A DNA stretch of 64,000 nucleotides from Chloroflexota bacterium (GTDB taxonomy: Bacteria; Chloroflexota; UBA11872; VXOZ01), in contig OZ244814.1 in NCBI GenBank assembly GCA_965220175.1, positions 2,634,630-2,698,629 on the forward strand, in the 5' to 3' direction. Below, piece by piece: positions 9,541 through 19,545 of the stretch (positions are counted from its first letter, which is position 1; every line of letters starts with the position of its first letter). A model generated the notes under the pieces. It was not told the origin of the DNA. It saw nothing but the letters and a program-made list of their open reading frames with translations, and did no database searches. The position numbers were made by a program, and so were the translations under genes.

Positions 9541-11223
9541 TCACGAAGCGGGGATCACCGGCAAGAGAATGTGGGAAGGATACGCCTTGCTGTGGAACAC
9601 CGTCTGACGCGCCAGTTCCCAGCGATCCTCCAAGCCGTTGTTTTCTGCACCCGTATTGAGATTGCGGTCGAAACGCGGGAAGTTGCTTGACGAAATCTCA
9701 ACCCGGATTCGATGTCCCGCAAGAAAAACGTTGCCGATTACCCAGAGGTCAATCTCGTACTCGTACACTGTGCCGGGATCGATGAGTGACGACGATTCTC
9801 GTCCCTCGCGAAACCGCGCGCGCACTATGCCGTCGCAGAGGCTATTTGCACGACCGTCCAGATGGACATCTACCAGCTTGGCCGTCCAGTCCGTATCGGG
9901 CCGATCGCTGGCGGCGTAGAGCACCACCTTGATTGGGCCGGTCACCTCCACGTCTTCCACGAGCGGCTCGCTGGTATAGCACAATACGTCCTGGCGCATC
10001 TCGATATTCTGCTGGTCGTAGGGACCCCACGCTACAATGTGCGGCGAGCAGCAGTTGTTACCGCCAAGCGTTGGAACCGGCGCATTCGGGTCATACGTGT
10101 AGCTATCTGACGATTCGTCTCCGGGCACATCAATAGAGAGGCTGCCGTTACCATTCAACGTGTTGGCGGCCCCTTGCGAATGGAAATACCACTGCTGCCA
10201 GTCCGTACGCGCCAGCGGCCACTCGTGCTCGCTCCGCCACTCGTTGCGCCCCATGATGAAGAGCCGCAAAGGCGGTTCGTCGAGGATGCCGTTCTGCTCC
10301 CCCTTCAGCCAGTAATCGAACCAACGCAGTTCTTCCCCGTCTAGGTCAACCATTGAATCGGCGCCAAAGTCCACTTGACCCGTAACCCGCGAGGTTGAGA
10401 GCCCATGGGGCCACGCACCCATGATGAGTTGACTCTGCCGGGCTTCCTCCGATTTGCCACGAAGGCGGAGCTCGTTCCAGTTGTCGAACGTTGCCTTGGA
10501 GTAGAGGTCGAACCAGCCACCCATGTTGTACGCCGGCGCGACGACATGCTCCCAATGCTCGCTGTTGCTGGATGGCTTCCAGTAGTCGTCGTAGTGAGGA
10601 TGGCGGATCCAGTCTTTCCAAAAGTCTAGGTCACGGCCGATCTCAGTGGTGACGTCGGCCACGGGCAGCGTGCGAAAGACGCGTACCCAGTCCTCGTACT
10701 CAATGTTCTGGGCCGTGCGGCCGTGAGTCCGCGATCCCCAGGTAGCGAGAACGCCTAGCTGCAGAGCGCCATTTGTGTATCCCGGGGAGTCATAGAAATC
10801 GCATGGGGCGACGCGCGGCACGATACAGGTCAGATGCGGACTGCCGCGCCACGCCGCCGTCCACTGCGTGATGCCCAGGTAGGAACCACCCGCCATGCCA
10901 ATCTTGCCGGTACTCCAGGGCTGCTCTGCAACCCATTCCACCGTATCGTGGCCGTCGTCGGCTTCATTGCTAACCGGGTAGTAGGTGCCTTCAGAGTCCC
11001 ACCGGCCGCGCACGTCCTGGATCACCGCGGCATAGCCCTGGCTCGCCAGTTTACGCCCTTTTTCAATGTGAAGATCGGTGTTGTTGCCGTATGGCGTGCG
11101 CACGAGCACCGTTGGCGCCGGCTCTGCGTGCGGCGGCAAGAAAATGTCGGCCGATAGGGCCACGCCGTCCCGCATCGGCACTTTGGCATCAACCAGGGTC
11201 CGAATCTGTGACACGGTGCGCAC
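9541..11223 (-). CDS. CocE/NonD family alpha/beta hydrolase (acyl esterase / X-Pro dipeptidyl-peptidase-like)
   Basis: 'VPMRDGVALSADIF', 'RTPYG', 'QDVRGRWDSEG', nucleophile 'GGSYLG', C-terminal 'SSSNFPRFDRNLNTG'. Confidence 0.9.
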   Translation of the reverse strand: MRTVSQIRTLVDAKVPMRDGVALSADIFLPPHAEPAPTVLVRTPYGNNTDLHIEKGRKLASQGYAAVIQDVRGRWDSEGTYYPVSNEADDGHDTVEWVAEQPWSTGKIGMAGGSYLGITQWTAAWRGSPHLTCIVPRVAPCDFYDSPGYTNGALQLGVLATWGSRTHGRTAQNIEYEDWVRVFRTLPVADVTTEIGRDLDFWKDWIRHPHYDDYWKPSSNSEHWEHVVAPAYNMGGWFDLYSKATFDNWNELRLRGKSEEARQSQLIMGAWPHGLSTSRVTGQVDFGADSMVDLDGEELRWFDYWLKGEQNGILDEPPLRLFIMGRNEWRSEHEWPLARTDWQQWYFHSQGAANTLNGNGSLSIDVPGDESSDSYTYDPNAPVPTLGGNNCCSPHIVAWGPYDQQNIEMRQDVLCYTSEPLVEDVEVTGPIKVVLYAASDRPDTDWTAKLVDVHLDGRANSLCDGIVRARFREGRESSSLIDPGTVYEYEIDLWVIGNVFLAGHRIRVEISSSNFPRFDRNLNTGAENNGLEDRWELARQTVFHSKAYPSHILLPVIPAS

Positions 11224-11361
11224 CTCCTAAAGCTCTCAGAATTTCTCTACCACGCGGACATTCCGGCATGAATACTGTCTGTCAGGCAGTGTAGCATAGG
11301 TTGTATCTTTCCCTGCCGTGCCCAAGAACCACGGGAGCGCTTTTGGTGCTTGTACGGTAGG

Positions 11362-11390
11362 TTGGGTCTTATTAACCTGCGTGGTATGAT
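11362..11390 (+). promoter_or_regulatory. Probable promoter for the metG operon
   Basis: TTGGGT, 17 bp, extended -10 TG-G-TATGAT (11385-11390). Confidence 0.45.
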
Positions 11391-11453
11391 GGTGTGACGG
11401 CAACCACCGAACCAGACCCCTCAGTGTCACGCTGCTTCCCTTAGATTAAGATT

Positions 11454-13001
11454 ATGGCGACCTACTATCTGACAACTCCGATCTATTATCCCAACGCCAA
11501 GCCCCATATTGGCACGGCCTTTTGCACCATCGGCAGTGACGTGCAGGCGCGCTATCGCCGCTTGAAGGGCTACGATACGTTTTTTCTTACAGGCCTCGAT
11601 GAGAACAGCCTCAATGTGGAGCGCCAAGCCAGAAGCCAGGGCAAGGACCCGCAGGAATACTGCGACGAGATGGCGGAGTTCTTTCGCGACCTGTGGGACA
11701 AGCTCGACATATCCCATGACGGCTTCATCCGCACGACGGAGGAGCACCACAAGCACGCGGCGCGTCTCTTGTTGCAGAAGTGCTACGACGCCGGCGACAT
11801 TTACAAAGGCACCTATGCCGGGTGGTACTGCCTCCCTTGCGAGGCCTTCTACGCCGACGACGACTTGGTAGACGGCAAGTGTCCGGTGCACGATGCCGAG
11901 CCGGAATGGACGGAAGAAGACAACTACTTCTTTGCCCTCTCCAAGTACCAGGACCGGTTGCTGGCATTCTATGACGAGCATCCGGAGTCTGTTTTGCCTG
12001 ATTTCCGGCGCAACGAAGTCGTCAATATGGTGCGCGGAGAGTTGCGGGACTTCAGCATTTCACGCGCCAACAAGACGTGGGGCATTCCCGTACCCTTCGA
12101 CGAAGAGCAGGTGATTTACGTTTGGTTCGATGCGCTCACCAACTACATCACCGGCGTCGGCTATGGGCAGGATGACGACTTGTTTGCACGCTACTGGCCG
12201 GCAGATGCCCATGTCATTGGCAAGGACATCATCCGCTTTCACTGTGTGTATTGGCCCGCCATGCTCATGTCAGCCGGTGTCCCCTTGCCGAAGACCGTGT
12301 GGGCCCACGGTTGGATCATGTTCCGCGGCTTGAAGATAAGTAAGTCCCGTGGCACCGATGTAGACCCCTTTGAGATGGTGGACGAATTCGGGGCTGATGC
12401 GGTGCGCTACTACCTGGTGCGGGAAATCCCGTTCGACCAGGACGGCGTATTCTCGTGGGAGAGTTTCTATAACCGGTACAACGCCGACTTGGCGAATGAT
12501 CTCGGCAACCTCGTGCATCGCACGACCGCCATGATAGCGCGCTATTTTGACGGCACCCTACCCGCGCCGTCAGGAGAAACCGAACTCGACGTTTCGCTCC
12601 GCGACATGGCGCAAAGCGCCGTTGCGGGAGCGGAGCAGGGGCTCGAATCCTGGGACCTCGACGCCGCGCTCGATAGCATCTGGACGCTTGTAACGCGAGC
12701 GAATCAATATATTGAAGAAAACGCGCCTTGGGAGCTTGCCAAATCTCCCGATCAGCGGGAGCGCCTCGGTACGGTGCTCTACAACGTCACGGAGGCCGTG
12801 CGCATCCTTGCACTCCTGCTTGGTCCCTACATCCCGCAGACGGCGGATGCCATTCTGGACCGCCTCGGAGAATCTCCGCTGGCTGACGGCGCGTGGCAAC
12901 GCGGCCTTGCGTGGGGCGGTGTAACCCCGGAGCGCACAATTACGGCCGGCAAGCCGCTCTTTCCTCGCTTGGAAGTACCGGAATTCTCCGAGAGCACGTG
13001 A
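11454..13001 (+). CDS. metG: Methionine--tRNA ligase (short form without C-terminal tRNA-binding domain)
   Basis: 'TTPIYYPN..PHIG', Zn knuckle CLPC...CPVH, 'YVWFDAL', KISKS (KMSKS variant), 'LANDLGNL'. Confidence 0.96.
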   Translation: MATYYLTTPIYYPNAKPHIGTAFCTIGSDVQARYRRLKGYDTFFLTGLDENSLNVERQARSQGKDPQEYCDEMAEFFRDLWDKLDISHDGFIRTTEEHHKHAARLLLQKCYDAGDIYKGTYAGWYCLPCEAFYADDDLVDGKCPVHDAEPEWTEEDNYFFALSKYQDRLLAFYDEHPESVLPDFRRNEVVNMVRGELRDFSISRANKTWGIPVPFDEEQVIYVWFDALTNYITGVGYGQDDDLFARYWPADAHVIGKDIIRFHCVYWPAMLMSAGVPLPKTVWAHGWIMFRGLKISKSRGTDVDPFEMVDEFGADAVRYYLVREIPFDQDGVFSWESFYNRYNADLANDLGNLVHRTTAMIARYFDGTLPAPSGETELDVSLRDMAQSAVAGAEQGLESWDLDAALDSIWTLVTRANQYIEENAPWELAKSPDQRERLGTVLYNVTEAVRILALLLGPYIPQTADAILDRLGESPLADGAWQRGLAWGGVTPERTITAGKPLFPRLEVPEFSEST

Positions 13002-13022
13002 CCGGCCCCGGTAATTGCGCGC

Positions 13023-13802
13023 ATGACGGACACCCACGCCCACATCAACGTGCCACGCTTTGCTGAAGACCTCCCAGCAGTCGTGAACCGCGCGGAATCA
13101 AAGAACGTAAGCGCAATCATCGTGGTGGGCGTGGACGTTCCCACGAGCCGGGCAGCCGTAGCAATCGCCGAGCGGTATGCCAATTGTTGGGCGACGGTCG
13201 GCATTCACCCGCATGAGGCCGAGACGTGTACCCCCGAAACGTGGCGTGAATTGGAGTCTCTTGCCAAGGCCCCAAGAGTCGTCGCTATCGGAGAGACCGG
13301 CTTAGACTACTATAGAAACTTCGCCTCCAAAGACCGTCAGGCCATGGCCTTCTCCCAGCAGTTAGCACTCGCCGCGAAAGTCAATCTCCCGGTAGTCGTT
13401 CACATGCGCGAAGCGTTTGCAGATGTGCATCGCATGTTGACGCAGGCGATGCCTCCCCGACAGGCAGTCATGCATTGCTTTTCCGGAGACAGCGCTCAGG
13501 CAATGGCATTCCTTGACTTGGGATGTATGGTTTCTCTTGCGGGACCCGTGACGTTTCGCTCCGCCGTGAAGTTGCATCAGGTCGCAAAAATGGTACCATC
13601 GGATAGATTGTTGCTGGAGACCGACTGCCCTTATCTCGCGCCGGCGCCGCACCGTGGCAAGCGGAATGAGCCCGCTTACGTTCGGTTCACTTTGGAAGCA
13701 GTGGCGCTGAGGCGAAACGCGGCGCCTGAAGCAGTGGAAGAGTTTACGGATAGGAATGCCCAGACGTTCTTCGGACTCACCCACCTCGATCGAGCGGTCT
13801 AA
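13023..13802 (+). CDS. tatD: TatD family DNase/hydrolase
   Basis: 'DTHAH', 'GIHPH', 'GETGLDY', 'HCFSG', 'ETDCPYLAP'. Confidence 0.95.
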   Translation: MTDTHAHINVPRFAEDLPAVVNRAESKNVSAIIVVGVDVPTSRAAVAIAERYANCWATVGIHPHEAETCTPETWRELESLAKAPRVVAIGETGLDYYRNFASKDRQAMAFSQQLALAAKVNLPVVVHMREAFADVHRMLTQAMPPRQAVMHCFSGDSAQAMAFLDLGCMVSLAGPVTFRSAVKLHQVAKMVPSDRLLLETDCPYLAPAPHRGKRNEPAYVRFTLEAVALRRNAAPEAVEEFTDRNAQTFFGLTHLDRAV

Positions 13803-13815
13803 CCCGGTATCTGCC

Positions 13816-14781
13816 ATGGGGAAGATTACGCTCCCTGTCGTCGCAGGGCTCGACGAGGTTGACGAATACTTATCATCGGTTTGGGGAGAAACTCCCAATC
13901 CCGCGCTTTCACAGTTGGTGCGCCATATCCTGGCGGCCGGCGGTAAGAAGCTGCGGCCACTGCTGACCTTGCTTGCGGCGTCGATCCACGCGCCGGCAGA
14001 CTCCCGGGCCGTCCGCGTTGCCGCCGCAATCGAGATTCTCCACGCCGCAACCCTCATTCATGATGACGTCATCGACCATGCTTACGTACGCCGAGGCGTG
14101 CCCACGGCCAACTCCGTGTGGTCAAACACACTCGCCGTGCTTTCCGGTGACTATCTCTTCGCCAAGTGCTCCCACGTTTTGGCGGAGTTGGGGGATCCGG
14201 AGCTCGTGCGCATGCTGGCGCGAACGGTGATGCGTATGGTTGCCAGCGAGACCACGCAATTCTCAGACATCGAACAAATGGAAGTCCTCGAAGACGAATA
14301 CTACGCCAAGGTACAGGGGAAGACCGCTTCTCTCTTCGAGTTGTGCTGTGATGGCGGGGGGCTGGTCGGCGGGGCTTCGACGGAAGAGCGTGAAGCACTG
14401 CGCGGGTTTGGAGAAAATCTGGGTACGGCGTTTCAAATCGTGGACGACATTCTCGACATTGCGGGTACGGAAGAGGAATTGGGCAAGCCTGTCGGCGGTG
14501 ACCTGCGCGAAGGAACGATCACGCTGCCGTCAATCATCTTCTTGCGCCAGAATCCCGCTCATCCGGCCGTGAGCGGACTGCTCAAGCAAGAAGCGGCGGG
14601 CGGCGACAGTGTTTGGGAAGCCGTGGAGGCAATTCGCCACTCCGGAGCGATAGAGATTGCGTACGCCAAGGCCAGAGAATTCGGCGAGCGAGCGCGCTCC
14701 AACTTAAAGGCCTTGCCCATGGGCGACAGCCGCGAATCCCTTGACATGCTGATTGATTATGTCGTGGAACGAAGACAGTAA
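13816..14781 (+). CDS. hepT: Polyprenyl (heptaprenyl-like) diphosphate synthase
   Basis: 'GGKKLRP', DDVID and DDILD aspartate-rich motifs, 'GKT'. Confidence 0.88.
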   Translation: MGKITLPVVAGLDEVDEYLSSVWGETPNPALSQLVRHILAAGGKKLRPLLTLLAASIHAPADSRAVRVAAAIEILHAATLIHDDVIDHAYVRRGVPTANSVWSNTLAVLSGDYLFAKCSHVLAELGDPELVRMLARTVMRMVASETTQFSDIEQMEVLEDEYYAKVQGKTASLFELCCDGGGLVGGASTEEREALRGFGENLGTAFQIVDDILDIAGTEEELGKPVGGDLREGTITLPSIIFLRQNPAHPAVSGLLKQEAAGGDSVWEAVEAIRHSGAIEIAYAKAREFGERARSNLKALPMGDSRESLDMLIDYVVERRQ

Positions 14782-14811
14782 TTGAGAACCTACTGGAGGG
14801 AGTGAGGTCCC

Positions 14812-16281
14812 ATGCCGCGCGTCCTGATCGCAGAATTGCAGCAAGAAACGGCGACGTTCAATCCCCATCTCACCCAGTATGAGGACTTTCGGGTTGTGCG
14901 CGGCGCGGCCATTATTGAGGAATTGCAGGGCACGAACACCGAGATAGCAGGCGCGCTCGATGTCTTTGCGGAACAAGGTGACATTGAGGTTGTCCCGACC
15001 ATGGCAGCGTGGGCCGTGCCCCATGGTCCGGTCGCCGATGCCGTTCTCGACCGGCTGATTCGGGACATCGTCGACGGAATCAAACCGGTTAGCGACGTAG
15101 ACGCTGTACTGCTCGTGCTGCACGGCGCCATGGCAAGCGAGACCAATTTCGATCCCGAAGGCACGCTATTGGCAGCGGTGCGAGAGTGCGTGGGAGCAAT
15201 TCCCGTTGTCGCCTCCCTCGACTTTCACGCCGTGATTACCGATCGCATGCTCGGCACGGCTGACATGATGGTCGGCTACCATACCTATCCGCACACGGAC
15301 TTCTATGAAACGGGAGCGCGGGCGGCCCGAAGCCTGGTGAGCATGTTGAAGGAAAACGCGACACCCACGACGGCCCGCGTCAAGATACCGCTCATGGCAC
15401 GGGGCGATGAGCTGCTCACGGCAACCGGACGCTTTGGCGAAGCCATTCGCATGTGCCAGGCGGTCGAAGAGTCACCGGGTGGACTCGTCGGCAACATCTA
15501 TCTTTCCAATCCTTTCACGGACGTGCCCGATCTGCAGTCCTATGTGCTTGTAACGACCGATGGCGACCAAGAGCGGGCAAATGCAGAAGCCGAACGCATC
15601 GCGTCATACATGTGGGAAAACCGCGACCTGTGGATGGCAGAACTCACGCCGCTCTCTGAGGCAGTTGCCCAGGCACAGGAGACTCCCGGTCTCACGATTT
15701 TTTCCGATGCCGCCGATGCAACGTCTTCCGGCGCGCCGGGCGACAGCAACGCCGTGATTAAGGGGTTGCTGAGCCAGGAATACGGCAAACGGGCCCTCGT
15801 CCCCCTCATCGACGCGCCGGCCGTGGCCGCCGCATTTGAAGCGGGAGTCGGCAGTACCATCACCGTCCAACTCGGCGGAACCATGGACCCCGGACGCCAC
15901 ACTCCGTTTACGGCGACCGTTTATGTAAAGAGCTTGCACGATGGTGAATTCGCCTATGAAAACGGCGTGATCGAGCAAGCCGGCCGCACGGCCGTGCTGA
16001 CAATCGGCAACATTGCCGTGCTAACTACCGAAAGACTCATCCTCTTTGTTGGTCGCAGAGTATTCCAGGCCTTCGGCCTTGAACCGCAAGACTTTGACCT
16101 GGTTGTTGCCAAGTCGCCCAACGGCTTCCGCACGTGGTACGAGTCGATTGCGGCCCGTATCGTCCATTTGGACACGCCCGGCTCCGCGAGCCTCAATCTT
16201 GATTCGCTGCCGTACGAGCACTGCGTGCGCCCTATCTTTCCGCTGGACGAAGACGTCGTTGCTGACCTGCGCGCCGGCTAG
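14812..16281 (+). CDS. M81 family metallopeptidase (MlrC-like)
   Basis: 'QETATFNP', 'LHGAM', 'DFHA', 'YPHTD', 'DAADATSSGAPGD', 'AKSPNGFR' MlrC-type motifs. Confidence 0.85.
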   Translation: MPRVLIAELQQETATFNPHLTQYEDFRVVRGAAIIEELQGTNTEIAGALDVFAEQGDIEVVPTMAAWAVPHGPVADAVLDRLIRDIVDGIKPVSDVDAVLLVLHGAMASETNFDPEGTLLAAVRECVGAIPVVASLDFHAVITDRMLGTADMMVGYHTYPHTDFYETGARAARSLVSMLKENATPTTARVKIPLMARGDELLTATGRFGEAIRMCQAVEESPGGLVGNIYLSNPFTDVPDLQSYVLVTTDGDQERANAEAERIASYMWENRDLWMAELTPLSEAVAQAQETPGLTIFSDAADATSSGAPGDSNAVIKGLLSQEYGKRALVPLIDAPAVAAAFEAGVGSTITVQLGGTMDPGRHTPFTATVYVKSLHDGEFAYENGVIEQAGRTAVLTIGNIAVLTTERLILFVGRRVFQAFGLEPQDFDLVVAKSPNGFRTWYESIAARIVHLDTPGSASLNLDSLPYEHCVRPIFPLDEDVVADLRAG

Positions 16282-16345
16282 TTGCGCAGAGCATTACCAA
16301 ACGCGCAGTCCACACGCATCCACGAATCCGCAGCGCTAACGGAAT

Positions 16346-17068
16346 GTGATGATCTCACAAGAAGAGAAACCGGCGTATGTGCGGCGCATGTTCGATGCCA
16401 TCGCGCCGACGTACGACTTCATGAATTCGGTCATGACCGCGGGCGCGCACCATCTCTGGCGGCGCACGGTGGCGCGCGAAATCGTTGCCACCGATCCTGC
16501 CGTAGTCCTGGACCTCGCGTGCGGCACCGGTGACCTCAGCTTCGCCGTTATGCAGGAAGCCATGGCCCCGTGCGCGATTCTTGGCGTTGACTTTTCTCCT
16601 CCGATGCTTGTGTTGGCACGTGAAAAACACGCGCGCCTCGAAGAACAGCGCTTTCCCATCGAATTCTTGCGGGCAGACGTGCTGACGTTGCCCTTACCCG
16701 ATGCCAGTGTTGATGTCGTAACCAACGCCTTTCTGCTCCGGAACCTGGTCGACCTGGAGGTCTTCTTTGCGGAGTGCTACCGCGTTCTTCGCCCCGGCGG
16801 ACGTTTCATCACATTGGAGATCACGCATCCGCCCGTGCCGGGATTTCGCAACGCCTTTGCGCTCTATTTCAATAATGTCGTTCCGTTATTGGGGAAAATG
16901 CTGGTCAGACACCAGGAGGCGTACACCTATTTGCCTACGTCATTGCAAGCCTTTCCCAACGCGCCGACTCTCGCTGAGGCTATGCGGACAACGGGTTTTC
17001 CTGAGGTATCCTATCGTTACCTGGGGCTGGGCACAGTGGCAGTGCACATCGCAAATAAGGTACCCTGA
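16346..17068 (+). CDS. menG: Demethylmenaquinone methyltransferase (UbiE/MenG)
   Basis: 'MFDAIAPTYDFMNSVMT', SAM motif 'LDLACGTGD', 'LRNL', 'YTYLPTS'. Confidence 0.9.
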   Translation: MMISQEEKPAYVRRMFDAIAPTYDFMNSVMTAGAHHLWRRTVAREIVATDPAVVLDLACGTGDLSFAVMQEAMAPCAILGVDFSPPMLVLAREKHARLEEQRFPIEFLRADVLTLPLPDASVDVVTNAFLLRNLVDLEVFFAECYRVLRPGGRFITLEITHPPVPGFRNAFALYFNNVVPLLGKMLVRHQEAYTYLPTSLQAFPNAPTLAEAMRTTGFPEVSYRYLGLGTVAVHIANKVP

Positions 17069-17126
17069 AAGCAACAGAATCTGAATTGGCGAGAACGACC
17101 CCTTGTTCACAAGGAGAAGTATTCAA

Positions 17127-18296
17127 ATGAAACAACGCCTCAGTCTCGCGTTGATGATTGCCTTCTTACTTACGCTCCTGGGTGCGTCCGTCGCCCACGC
17201 GGCAGACTTTCGCACCGATACCTCGATTACTATTGGTGAAGGCGAAGTCATCGATGACGACCTCTATTTGCTTGGCACGACGTTAATTGTCAACGGCACT
17301 GTCAATGGCGATGTCTTTGCTGCCGGCACAACGATTGAAATCAACGGGACCGTAAACGGCAATGTGAGCCTTGCCGCCACCGATGTCACCATAAACGGCA
17401 CCGTCTATCAGGGTGCGCGCATCGCCGCCAATAGTGTCACGATAGCGGGGATGGTTGCCGAGGATGCGCTGATTCTGAGCAACACCGCTGACCTCATCTC
17501 CGGCGGTATAGTCGGCCGTGACCTGATATTGACAGTAGCTACGATGACGCTTGACGGTTCCGTGGAGCGCCGCGTTGCCGGTGTTGCCGACAAGGTGACC
17601 CACAATGGCAGTATTGGCGCAGAATTCGACATGCGCGTTTCGAACCTAATCATTAACGACGGCGCAAGCATCGGCGGCGACCTCACCTATCGCTCTGAGA
17701 ATGAAGCTGAGATTGCCAGCGGTGCCGAAATTGGCGGCGAAATGACACATGAGATGGTTGAAGAAACAACCGACATCGATGTTGGCTTTTCATTTGACTC
17801 GATCGCTGTAGGGATTGCCGGTCTCATCATGACCGCCGTCTATGGCACGGTGTTTCTCCTCGTCTTTCCGCGACTTTCGGTCACGGCGTCCAATCAACTA
17901 CTCGAGAACCCGCTGATGAGCATCGGGATGGGCATCGTCTTCCTGATCGTTGTGCCGATTGTCTCCATCCTCGTGATGATCACAGTCGTCGGCATTCCGC
18001 TTGGGTTGATTACGCTCTTGCTCTATGGCATTGCGCTCTTCTCAGCCCAGGTCTTTGTTGGCATGACCATTGGACGGTTGATTCTTAGCTTCTTTGCAGA
18101 CGGCAACCGTCGCCTCATCCAGTTCTTCGGGCTGCTGATTGGCTTGCTCATTCTTTACGGCATTTCGTTCATACCGTACGTCGGACCCTGGGCGCCCCTG
18201 ATTGTGATCATCCTCGGCTTGGGCGGACTAGTGCTCGCCCTCGGTCGGCTGCGGAAAGAGCCGGCACGAGGAGTCCCGCAGCCTGCTGAGGGATAG
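17127..18296 (+). CDS. Bactofilin/CcmA-like beta-helix repeat protein with C-terminal multi-TM domain
   Basis: Signal-like N-terminus (ASVAHA|ADF), repeated G-T/D/N-V-x-G units, about 4-5 C-terminal TM helices; RBS AAGGAG before ATG 17127. Confidence 0.7.
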   Translation: MKQRLSLALMIAFLLTLLGASVAHAADFRTDTSITIGEGEVIDDDLYLLGTTLIVNGTVNGDVFAAGTTIEINGTVNGNVSLAATDVTINGTVYQGARIAANSVTIAGMVAEDALILSNTADLISGGIVGRDLILTVATMTLDGSVERRVAGVADKVTHNGSIGAEFDMRVSNLIINDGASIGGDLTYRSENEAEIASGAEIGGEMTHEMVEETTDIDVGFSFDSIAVGIAGLIMTAVYGTVFLLVFPRLSVTASNQLLENPLMSIGMGIVFLIVVPIVSILVMITVVGIPLGLITLLLYGIALFSAQVFVGMTIGRLILSFFADGNRRLIQFFGLLIGLLILYGISFIPYVGPWAPLIVIILGLGGLVLALGRLRKEPARGVPQPAEG

Positions 18297-18299
18297 ACC

Positions 18300-19352
18300 G
18301 TGGGAATCGGAGAAGTCGCCGCAGGCGATGCGGCGACTGATCTGACTTTCGCTACGGCACACAATCAACAGGAATGGGACGCGCTGGTTGCTGCTTGGGG
18401 CGGTGAGTTGCTCCAAAGCTGGGCTTGGGGTGAATTCAAGTCGCGTACCGGCTGGAGAGCAGAACGCACGCTATGCAAGCGTGCCGGCCAGCCAGTCGCT
18501 GCGGCCCAGTGGTTGCGGCGCCGCATACCGCTTTTGGGGTCTCTAGCGTACCTACCACGGGGTCCGGTCTGCGCAGCCGGAGAATCTACACCGGCAAGTG
18601 CCATCGTAGACCGCGTTGCCGTGGAAGCACGAGGCGCGGGTGCGTTTGCGCTTTGGGTAGAACCGCCTTGGGATGCGAACCAGGGCCCGGATCTGCCTGC
18701 CAGCTTTAGCTCCACGCCAGACTACATTCAGCCCCCGGCAACCGGTCTTATCGATCTGCGACCGCCGCCCGAAAAAGTGCTCGCCGGCTTTCACAGCGGC
18801 ATGCGCCGCAATATTCGTTCGGCCTCCCGGCGGGGGCTGAAGATACGCGCCGCCAATTCTGATAAAGACTGGCAAGATTTCTACGCGTTGCTCTCGGAGA
18901 CGGCGGAACGCGACGGTTTTGGCATCCACACCTGGCCTTACTTCGCGACCATGCGCGAAACGCTGGAAGCGGCCGGATCGGCGACGCTCTTCTTGGCTGA
19001 GCATGCCGGCACGCCTGTTGGCGGCCTATTGCTGACTACCTTCAGCAAGACGGCCACATACCTCTTTGGCGCCAGCGCGACGGCGGGGCGAGACCTACGT
19101 ATTGGACATGGTTTGCAATGGCACGCCATGTGTTGGGCCAAGGACAATGGCTGTCACACCTATGATCTCTGGGGCATGCCGGCCACCGCCGACCCAAGAG
19201 ACCCCCTGGCGGGGGTGCATCGATTCAAGCGCGGTTTCTCGCCGCGAGTCGTCAGTTATGCACCTACAGCGGTTGCGGCACTGGACGCTCGTCGTTTCTG
19301 GCTCTGGCGGCGACTGTCACCGCTAGCACGAAAAGTGCTGCCTGGGTTTTGA
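18300..19352 (+). CDS. FemABX family peptidoglycan bridge peptidyltransferase (FemX-like)
   Basis: 'LLQSWAWGEFKSRTGW', 'AYLPRGP', 'YLFGAS', 'LQWHAM', 'YDLWG', 'GVHRFKRGF'. Confidence 0.9.
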   Translation: MGIGEVAAGDAATDLTFATAHNQQEWDALVAAWGGELLQSWAWGEFKSRTGWRAERTLCKRAGQPVAAAQWLRRRIPLLGSLAYLPRGPVCAAGESTPASAIVDRVAVEARGAGAFALWVEPPWDANQGPDLPASFSSTPDYIQPPATGLIDLRPPPEKVLAGFHSGMRRNIRSASRRGLKIRAANSDKDWQDFYALLSETAERDGFGIHTWPYFATMRETLEAAGSATLFLAEHAGTPVGGLLLTTFSKTATYLFGASATAGRDLRIGHGLQWHAMCWAKDNGCHTYDLWGMPATADPRDPLAGVHRFKRGFSPRVVSYAPTAVAALDARRFWLWRRLSPLARKVLPGF

Positions 19353-19545
19353 GAGCAGACTAGAGTCGGGGCGAGTCTACATTCTGTCGACGATCCGGCT
19401 CTCGCCGCAGTACAGACTATCTGCAATGAAGATGGCTTCCCGCTTGCACGGGAACAACGGGCCGGATCGCTGTCGGTCTTAGGTCAATGACGATCAGACT
19501 CCTGAGAAAACCATCCTACCGAATGCCCGTGGTGAGCCCAGAGCC

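Noticed and set aside
11236-11453. Possible T-box or SAM riboswitch upstream of metG
   Set aside because: Only about 60 nt lie between the predicted promoter and the ATG, with no T-box (AAGGTGGAACC-like) or S-box core motifs.
11454-13001. Short MetRS lacking the C-terminal tRNA-binding domain as a novelty
   Set aside because: This is a well-known monomeric MetRS form.
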